From contig BAAFSQ010000208.1 of NCBI GenBank assembly GCA_054661495.1, positions 1-17,440 on the forward strand: a stretch of 17,440 bases of DNA, given 5' to 3'. The notes under the pieces are model-generated. The model did no database searches. It saw only the letters and a list, made by a program, of their open reading frames with translations, and had not been told where the DNA came from. This document shows positions 9,701 through 17,440 of the stretch, in pieces; position 1 is the first letter of the stretch; each line of letters begins with the position of its first letter. This stretch comes from Zygophlyctis sp. KS116. Its lineage: Eukaryota > Fungi > Chytridiomycota. The position numbers and the translations under genes were made by a program.

Positions 9701-11676
9701 TGATTCATCTGTAAAATCCCCTTCGAACTCTATATCTTTTTATATCGAGGATCATGAAATATTACCTTCTTCTCTTATATTTGAAGCTCTCTATAAATAC
9801 GAGCAAAAGAAAGCAAACAATTATGAACTTACCCCAAATATATGGAATCAAACGTATACTATCACTTACAAAAACTATACGAAAGAGGAAAGGACCTCTT
9901 CAGTGGAAAGCACTGCTACGCCATCCTCCGAGATGAATATTGTCGATTTTGCTCTTCCATTCAGTTCTTATGGTGATTCAGGCTTAAATGCCAATGATGA
10001 TACTTTGTGCGTTCTTAGGCTACTTGGAGTACTGCACGAATTAAACACAAAACAGGTCGAAATAATTGAATGGGTAGGGTTTATTAACCATGATTTTACC
10101 GTCATTTCTTCAGCTCCTCCTTCATTATTTGTCAATAGCAAGATTACGGCCAAAATCAATCGACAACTTGATGAACCCCTGATTGTAGCTTCTCGTGTCC
10201 TTCCTCATTGGTGCAATTCCATTTGTTATGAATTCCCGTTTTTATTGCCTTTTGATAGCCGGTTGATATACTTACAAAGTCAATCATTTGGATATTCTAG
10301 AAACATGGCACGATGGCAGCAAATGTCTTCTAACAACACTTCTCAAGGTGGGATGAATTCTATTTTAGGACGTATTCAACGACAAAAAATTAGAATATCT
10401 AGGAAAAAGATTCTTGAATCGATGATTAAAGCAATGGATTCGTATGGAACCGCTCAAGCACTTTTAGAAATTGAATTTTTTGACGAAGTTGGGACTGGTT
10501 TGGGCCCTACATTGGAATTTTATTCTCAGGTATGCCAAGAACTTCGAAGAAAATCTGGAATCATATTAAGCGCACATAAAACTCCTTGTTGTATTTGGAG
10601 GAATGATTCGTCTTATGCTAACGATTTTGATGACGATTATATGAATGTTCTGTTTCCCCGCCCATATGTTTCATCAAACAAAAGGCCGTAAGTTTCCACC
10701 ATTAATTGTTAGGGAAGTTTTGGGCTTCTTCAAATCGATTGGTACATTGATCGCAAAGGCATTGCTGGACTCTCGAGTATTAGATATACCCTTTAGTCCT
10801 GTTTTCATTGAAATGTGTGTCTTTGGTCATTCTAATATCTCCAAACTGAGCGCCATAAAGGTAATTAACTGTCCCAATTGAACCATAGACTTTGGATCCA
10901 TCATTGCATAAATCTATAAGCTTATTAGATGAGTTCAAACTTGAAAAACATAAAATTCAAAATGGTCCGGGATCACAAGCCGAAAAAGATAGTGCAATCA
11001 AAAGTATAGCGATAAATTGTATGGGGATTGATGATTTGTGTCTTGATTTTACTCTTCCTGGATACCCAGATATAGAGTTAGTAGAAAATGGAAAAGAAAT
11101 CATGGTTTCTATTTTGAATGTAGATCAATACATTGAAAGGATTATCGATATGTCGGTTGGAAGCGGTATAAAGTCTCAGATTGATTCTTTTCGCAGAGGA
11201 TTCAATCGTGTATTCCCCATAAAAGATTTGCATTGCTTTTCAATTCAAGAGCTGTTAGTATTGTTGGGTGGAGAGCAGAAGGAAGATTGGAGTTTAAAGG
11301 GTAGTTTATAGTTTCATGATAATTTATAGTACTTCAGGAATCCATCCTCGCCGATCATGGATATAACAAGGACTCTGAAACAATTTTAAATCTTTGCCTG
11401 ATGCTTTCGGAATTTGATGATAAGGAACGTCGTTCTTTCCTTCAATTCATAACCGGATGTCCCAGACTTCCATTTAAAGGGTTCAAGGGACTGAATCCTC
11501 CACTCACTGTAGTTAGGAAGACCCCAGACATGAACAAAAAACCAGATGATTATCTTCCATCAGTTATGACATGTGTGAATTACGTTAAACTACCAGAATA
11601 TTCCTCATTGGCCATCATGAAAGAGAAATTTAAAATAGCAATTATGGACGGATCAGGCAGTTTTCACTTATCATAA
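6770..11676 (+). CDS. UFD4: HECT E3 ubiquitin ligase, Ufd4/TRIP12 family; 7 exons, about 1580 aa
   Basis: ARM region (LACRCLCNLIEALP, IEYIDLAE, LQYIDFF, FTREGV) and HECT domain (LEIEFFDEVGTGLGPTLEFYS, LDFTLPG, ADHGY, FLQFITGCPRLP, YLPSVMTCVNYVKLPEYSS, GSFHLS*). Introns 6942-6969, 7396-7416 (or 7422), 9444-9470, 10688-10712, 10861-10888 and 11301-11329 join all fragments in frame. Confidence 0.93.
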
Positions 11677-11688
11677 TATATCAACTAG

Positions 11689-12543
11689 ATGACGTGTTCA
11701 TTTTTGAGTAAAATGAGTTGGAATTTGTCCTCTGTGAGGAGAAAAGAAATTGCAATGGATGATGAGGTATGAGTTTGTATTAATATCCAAAGGAGCGTCC
11801 ACTACTTCCTGATCGTCCGAAAGTTTCAGATCCCCAATCTTTGGGTTCTTCCTACTTGACGATCAATGAAAGCGACAATATTGAAACAAGTCACACAAGA
11901 TACTATATATCCAAAGACAGTAAGCTTGCTAAAGATATAGACCGGGCAAAGATGTTAGCATCAAGCGCAATAGATCGTATTCTTTTTCGAGGGGAGGACA
12001 TGTCCGAACTTAAAGGTTGTTCTCAAACCATCTAAATTAATAGGAAAGGCTGATGATCTTGGAAATATTTCTGATTTATTCAAGAAAAATACCAATGAAA
12101 TCAAAGAAGATGAAAGAAAAAGGGGCAAAATGGTAATGATGCAATGCAATACTAAACTCAAAGAGCAAAACAATCATAGGATTTCTCTTAATAGTTCTTT
12201 GTGGAATAATCTTTGGTACAATATGATAAATTAAATCTTAGCTGCATTATATCAGTTTCTAGCATGGGCAATGAAGCCGAAAGTCATTATCCCTCCTGTG
12301 GCACCGCCTCCCATTCAAACCCCACCTCAGCCTCAAATCCCTCCTGGTAATCAGTTTCCTAATTTCCCATATCCATATCCCTCTTATCCAGGCGGGCAGC
12401 CTATGGTAATTTAAATTAGTTAATATTAGATGTGTTACTGCTATCCTTACTCGCAGCCTGCACCCCCACCATTTCCGAACCAACCACCACCACAAGCTCC
12501 TCTGCCTCAGACTCAAATGCCGCAACCAACTAAAACAGCTTGA
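11689..12543 (+). CDS. Synaptobrevin/VAMP-type R-SNARE with transmembrane helix and C-terminal Pro/Gln/Tyr-rich extension; 6 exons, up to about 239 aa
   Basis: SNARE motif IDRILFRGEDMSELK-GKADDLGNISDLFKKNT with the zero-layer R, a basic juxtamembrane stretch, and TM TIIGFLLIVLCGIIF-AALYQFLAWAM. Introns 11767-11792, 12016-12043, 12133-12163, 12216-12241 and 12406-12429. The start may be 11689, 11713 or 11755 (all in frame). Confidence 0.75.
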
Positions 12544-12551
12544 TATTTTTC

Positions 12552-13851
12552 CTATTTTTTTATTGATTTTATGAGATCTCCCAATCGTTTTAGTCCTATT
12601 TCCATTTTTTCCGGGCTGGCAATGGAATATGCAGCCCTTATATGATTTGATGTCGTTGGATTTGCATAAAATTCAAACCCAGGAACTAAAATCACATTTT
12701 TCTCTATTGCCTTCGAAATCAAATCCGCAGAATCATCAACTCCCAATAATTTGATCCACAAAAACATTCCTAAAGTCCTTTAACGAATAGACTTTACCTG
12801 CCTTTGGTGTATTCCAAACTGCTGCACCATTTAAATGATTGTTGACGTAGCCTATAAACAAATCACGCCGTTCTTTATAAAATCTACAGACTTTTTCTGT
12901 ATGCTGTAAAAAACCATCTATACCCCACTCCTTCAAGAGAGAATATACTAATATCTGACTTATTCCTGAAGGATGCAAGTTAGATGCCATTCCATGCAAA
13001 ATGATCCTATCAATCAGTTCTTTTGGCCCACTAACCCAGCCTATACGTTAATATATTTTCCTACCTATCCTAGCTCCCGCACTTAAAATCTTTGATAAAC
13101 TATCAAATCTTAGTACTCTACCATCAACATCCATTGAAAAATAACTCTCATCTTTTCCTTCAAACTGAAGATACCAGTACGGATCATCTTCCAAGATTAA
13201 TAAATTGTATTTTTGAGCAATTTTGTAGATTTCTTTTTTTCTATCTACTGTAGTTGACGCACCTGATGGATTTCCACCTAGAGTGAATATTAATAAAATA
13301 CCAACTGGAACAGAATATAATATTTTTGGTCGAGTTTCAGAATCGTACCTTGATAAAACATTTTCTAAATTCTGTGGATTGAGTCCATCTTGATCACATT
13401 CGACGTGTGCAAACTTGCATTCCAAAGGCCTTAAAAATGATAAAGTGCCACTATAAGTAGGAGCCTCAATCAAGATAACATCATTTGGGTCAATAAGCAT
13501 TTCCAATGCCTTTGTTAAAACATCTTGGGATCCATTTCCAATACAAATATCAAATGAATCCATTTCCCTTGAATGCATTTGCACTTGAAGTTTCTTAAGC
13601 CATTGAACGAGATCAGGAAGACCAGCAGTTGGTGAATACTGAAGAGCGTTTTGCATATCATTACAAGATACATTCAGCGATTGTCCAGATTTCAACTGAA
13701 TTGATAAACTCTCAAAAGGAAATGTTTCTGGATTTGGATTTCCACCTCCAAAAGATATCATTCCCGGGAGATTCAAATACTTTTGCAATGCTCTAATCGC
13801 AGATGGTTTTCGAAGATTACTCCTTTTAGAAATGAATTGAGAATAGTCCAT
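12552..13851 (-). CDS. PLP-dependent class I aminotransferase (kynurenine/alpha-aminoadipate, AADAT/Aro8-like); 4 exons, about 407 aa
   Basis: ATG 13851 (MDYSQFISKRS). Motifs MISFGGGNPN, ALQYSPTAG, GNGSQD, GNPSG, ILEDDPY, DSLSKILSAGARIGW and AGMFLW. Introns 13278-13301 (24 nt), 13041-13064 (24 nt) and 12770-12797 (28 nt). Confidence 0.92.
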
Positions 13852-14053
13852 GTCAGCTATCCCACCTAACCAATTGAGTCCACCTACAATCGTGTACAAT
13901 TACTGTTTGATCAATGTCCGACATTTGTCTGATTAGAAATAATGTGCATTTGAATGATGCATCTTACAACCAATAAGTGATCCATGATTTTAAAGATATT
14001 TCCGTCTTTGACCAATCATTTCATCTAGTGTTTGTTTACCAACGTTAATAGAA

Positions 14054-15595
14054 ATGAAGGTCAATTTGAGGATTAAGCCTTTTACTGGTAGTAATAATAA
14101 AGGTCCAATTATTGATACTAATACAGCATCTATAATATTTCCAAATTCCATTCAAAAATCATTTCCATTAAACTCATACTCAAACATATTCCTACAGTCT
14201 GATTCGCAGATCCAAGTGTATCAATGCGTTTGCAAAGATTTAATTTCAAACTTCTTACAAGGATATTCTATTACAATAATGGCATATGGTCAAACAGGTT
14301 CGGGAAAGACACATACTATGATTGGTCAACTAGGGACTTTAACAGAATCAAACCTGGCTGCTAGTGATCAGCAGCTTCCTAATGAATGGGGAATCTTCCC
14401 TCGAGTTGCGTCCGATCTATTAAGACTGTCAAATGGAACTGTTTATGCTTCAGCGGTAGAGGTTTACTTTGAAGATGTGTTTGACCTGTGTAATGGACGT
14501 GCGGTATTGTCAATGAAGTCTGTTGGCGGCGGATCTCGTTCTCTTGTTCCTGGAACTATTCCGGGAGGTAAAGATTCTAATTTTTCTGGAAGCGTCATGG
14601 TTCATCCAAGCTCATGCTACTGTCGGCATTGCTACATGGCTAAAAAGGGTGGGAAATTGACGGCAAGAAAATCGGTTTCAACCTCTACATCATCAGATTC
14701 AGATTCAGCATCAACATCATTCTCTATTCGGGGGGAAACTAGTGTACCATTGAAATCAGATCAAGATATTGCAAGAATGTCACGCTTAATAGAGATTGAA
14801 AGAACCAGTAAAAGTCATGAGCTAAACTCTGCGTCATCTCGCTCTCATTGTATTATAAGTTTGAAATTACAAGGCGCAGGAAACCAACATCGATTTACAT
14901 TGGTAGATTTGGCGGGTTCTGAAAGAATTGCAAAGACCAAAGTTTCTGGTTTGGGACAGGTTCAAGCGATTGCCATCAACGAGTCCTTGACTTCATTGGG
15001 GCGAGTTATCAAGGCCATCAAGAATAAGTCCGATCATGTACCATTCAGAGACTCTACGCTCACAAAACTGCTGGCACATTCTCTAAAGGGTAAATCACTG
15101 ATGACTGCAATAGTTTGCGTCTCTGGAGATCCGATGCAAGAGGATGAAACTCTCTGCTCCTTGAAATTTGGAAAGGAAATGTCTTTTAATTCTCATCAAA
15201 CAGAAAATAATCACAAAATTCAAAGTGTCTCGACCCCTGAAGAAGACTGGCAAAGCAAAAAATTGCGATTGGATAATCTTAGATCCAAACTTTCCACGCT
15301 AGAACCAGAGTCTTTCGGAGATTCTGCTACATCTGCAGGTATCCGTTTGTTTAAGGAAAATTCGGATCTGTATATAAAACTGGAGCAACGTATCAAGGAG
15401 CTCAAAATGATGCAAAAAGAAACTCCACATCAGGTATCTGCTTCAGAAATTCAAGCCATTATTTTACAGTTTAACGATGTTCGAGATGTCATTGCAAGAC
15501 AAAAAACGATTCCGGGATTTTATCGAGGCCCGTCTAAAGAATATACAAAGACTCTGATAGAAATAAGAGAACTTGAAAGAGAAGTCGAGGATTGA
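14054..15595 (+). CDS. Kinesin-like protein with N-terminal motor and short helical tail; apparently intronless, 513 aa
   Basis: P-loop AYGQTGSGKT, switch I NSASSRSH, switch II LVDLAGSE, INESL and HVPFRDSTLT. Confidence 0.93.
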   Translation: MKVNLRIKPFTGSNNKGPIIDTNTASIIFPNSIQKSFPLNSYSNIFLQSDSQIQVYQCVCKDLISNFLQGYSITIMAYGQTGSGKTHTMIGQLGTLTESNLAASDQQLPNEWGIFPRVASDLLRLSNGTVYASAVEVYFEDVFDLCNGRAVLSMKSVGGGSRSLVPGTIPGGKDSNFSGSVMVHPSSCYCRHCYMAKKGGKLTARKSVSTSTSSDSDSASTSFSIRGETSVPLKSDQDIARMSRLIEIERTSKSHELNSASSRSHCIISLKLQGAGNQHRFTLVDLAGSERIAKTKVSGLGQVQAIAINESLTSLGRVIKAIKNKSDHVPFRDSTLTKLLAHSLKGKSLMTAIVCVSGDPMQEDETLCSLKFGKEMSFNSHQTENNHKIQSVSTPEEDWQSKKLRLDNLRSKLSTLEPESFGDSATSAGIRLFKENSDLYIKLEQRIKELKMMQKETPHQVSASEIQAIILQFNDVRDVIARQKTIPGFYRGPSKEYTKTLIEIRELEREVED

Positions 15596-16048
15596 TTGAC
15601 TTGGAGAGTGAAGTCAGATGGATCGTAAGAGGGCAAACTTCATCAGTAAGATATATTCTCAATGATACATTTAAAGTCAGCATTATCTCCACATAAATCG
15701 AGAAACTTTGTCAATAAATTTCCTTGACAGATTAATGACTTGACATACAATAAATTATGTAAAGCATGAAATTGTAGGCAAACATACCGATAAATCAATT
15801 AACCAATCATTGATTGTTTTGAGTGACACAATAATTGTTTGTTTAACAGTTATTCTTGGTAATTTATTTGTATTGGGGCGGCTGATGTTCCGCTGCACAC
15901 AAACAAAATGTCAAAACTTTTGAAAGGAAAGGAACTTGTGCATCGATATTTCCCATTTTTTAAAGATAATAAGAAATAATTCTGTATTATATTTGGGCAC
16001 AAACAATACACAATTATAGTTTCGGTATGTTTGAGTGAAGGATGATAC

Positions 16049-17440
16049 ATGTCAAAAAGAATAAAAATGTCAAGTAAAGAAGAATCAAAGATTTGGTTTC
16101 ATCTCTATGACTCTGTTAATGGTCTTCCATACCAGGGAACTACTGCTGATTATGTGTCTATTCCTTCATCAGCTGATATTGCTCAGTTCAGAAAAGCTGT
16201 TAAAGCCGAGTATGACCAGCCAGGATTTCTAAAGGATATTCCATCTGGACTTCTCAAAGTCTTTAAGAACAAGCACTCATTTGATAAGAGAGATGCTGCT
16301 GTAGAAAAGGTAATTTATTAGAATCTGATCATAGGGAGTTCCGCTCGATGAAGATTCTCCTCTGAATGATCTTGGAAAGTCAAAAGATGATGCTCTGATT
16401 GTTGCTGTTCCGTCTTCTGATGCGTTGAATTTTACAGGTAGCTCTCCTCAGACAGATAAGTCACTCATAACAGCAACAGATCCCGAAGAAACACTACAAA
16501 AAGTAATTGAGGCTGCCGAAGGAGAATCAAACGAAGCCAAGAAAATCCAAATGTCGATTTCTCAAAATCTTTTATCCAGCTCGGGTGCTGATTTTTCATT
16601 TTCAGACAGAGAATCGTCATTTGAAATTCTCGCTTCCTCTTTGGAACAACGATTTTATTGTCATAAAGTTAAATTGACAGATAAACAGTTCCGCCAACTC
16701 CCTTTTTTAGCAGATGGCCCTGGCTCGGGAAAATCTAGATTCTTGCAAGAATTACCTAAATCGTTTGCTGCTTATGTCAAGAATTTGAAGCAACCTTTTT
16801 ATAGGAGGAGAACAAAATTTGACAAATCGCCTGAGCTGGTAGAATCCTATCTCAAAAATACTCCTGCTGCGTTTGATGATTTCAAAAACACCTTGTGTTC
16901 AGCTCTGTTCATCAATATCTCCTTTGGGAATAGCTCCATTTACACCTCAAAAGAGTTGGAACTAGGAATCGAAGGATCAATTTGCCTTCGAATTCTGTAT
17001 CCGTATTTTACGCAAAGATACTCTACTTTCTGTTCATTCTTTGATGCATATGTCAACAAAGATATATCTTTGCCGAAACTTACACTTTGGAGGACGTTAA
17101 TGATAATCAGTAAGGAAAATCAATGTATTGTACTCGGTATTGACGAATTAAATGTTCTCCATCATATCTCACAGGATCTGTTTAAGCAGCTGTTCTCACT
17201 GGTCGGCTCTGTCACCCACTCATATCCGCCCTTCTTTGTTCCAGTACTTGCAGGAACAGTAATTGGTCCAATAGTTGAAGCTGTTTTCTATTCTCAGTAT
17301 CCTCCACTGCATATTCCACTTCCTCTTCTTTCCTTTGATTCTTGCGTGCATATTCTCGGCACCAAAAATAAGAATTTCGCTGAACAAATTAAAACAAATC
17401 AGTCTTTAAGACAAGTTGTATTGGAAATTGGAGGGCATTG
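16049..17440 (+). CDS. Crinkler (CRN)-type effector with ubiquitin-like header and P-loop NTPase; runs off the window end
   Basis: Header IWFHLYD..GLPYQGTTADYVS..IAQFRKAVKAEY..LKVFKNK, intron 16310-16334 (25 nt), then PLDEDSPL..LGKSKDDALIVAVP. Walker A GPGSGKS at 16716-16736 and Walker B IVLGIDE at 17127-17147. The frame is open to 17440. The start may be 16049 or 16067. Confidence 0.85.

Noticed and set aside
12259-12525. Arg/Trp-rich ORF on the - strand
   Set aside because: It is the antisense shadow of the Pro-rich + strand exons, which contain a + strand intron.
1317-13899. Fragmented ORFs read as pseudogenes, frameshifts, stop-codon readthrough or an alternative genetic code
   Set aside because: Every break coincides with an AT-rich GT...AG segment whose removal restores the frame and conserved motifs. 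All spliced lengths are multiples of 3, and TAA, TAG and TGA all serve as true stops.
13913-13925. AATGTC-C-GACATT inverted repeat in the aminotransferase/kinesin divergent promoter
   Set aside because: A single 6-bp-arm occurrence with no independent support.
1837-15405. Short antisense or alternate-frame ORFs (1837-2103, 2461-2685, 4399-4614, 4782-5087, 4927-5136, 5505-5717, 6929-7117, 8654-8932, 9754-9936, 9968-10159, 11961-12173, 15220-15405)
   Set aside because: They overlap well-supported genes and show no recognisable motifs.
15596-16050. ORF 15850-16050 (-) and short inverted repeats (TGTCAA/TTGACA, CAATCA-T-TGATTG) upstream of the CRN gene
   Set aside because: The ORF has no motifs. 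The repeats are 6 bp in AT-rich DNA, with no TIR/TSD structure I can support.
1-17440. Prokaryotic operon, CRISPR array, rRNA or autonomous transposon
   Set aside because: Gene content and introns are eukaryotic. I saw no repeat-spacer array, rRNA-like sequence, or transposase/RT motifs.

Overview
AT-rich, very gene-dense eukaryotic DNA, most likely from a flagellated early-diverging fungus (chytrid-like). The evidence is a CEP19 centriole/cilium gene next to fungal-type Djp1, Slm1, Ufd4 and Aro8/KAT-II genes and a Crinkler effector. The ORF track is fragmented because the genes carry tiny GT-AG introns. I resolved 25 of them by hand, all 20-32 nt. 23 are needed to join reading frames and 2 are stop-free in-frame calls. 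Gene order: 3' end of a bacterial-type PD-(D/E)XK nuclease (+), ComF-like phosphoribosyltransferase (-), DnaJ/DnaJ-X (+), BAR-PH Slm1-like (+), M14A carboxypeptidase (+), CEP19 (+), Ufd4/TRIP12 HECT ligase (+), an R-SNARE with an unusual Pro-rich tail (+), class I aminotransferase (-), an intronless kinesin with a His/Cys insert (+), and the 5' part of a Crinkler header + P-loop NTPase gene (+). The most notable points are the minimal-intron architecture, a possible intron-retention switch at the SNARE membrane anchor, the bacterial-like nuclease/PRTase pair and the atypical kinesin. Family calls come from motif recognition only; no searches were run.
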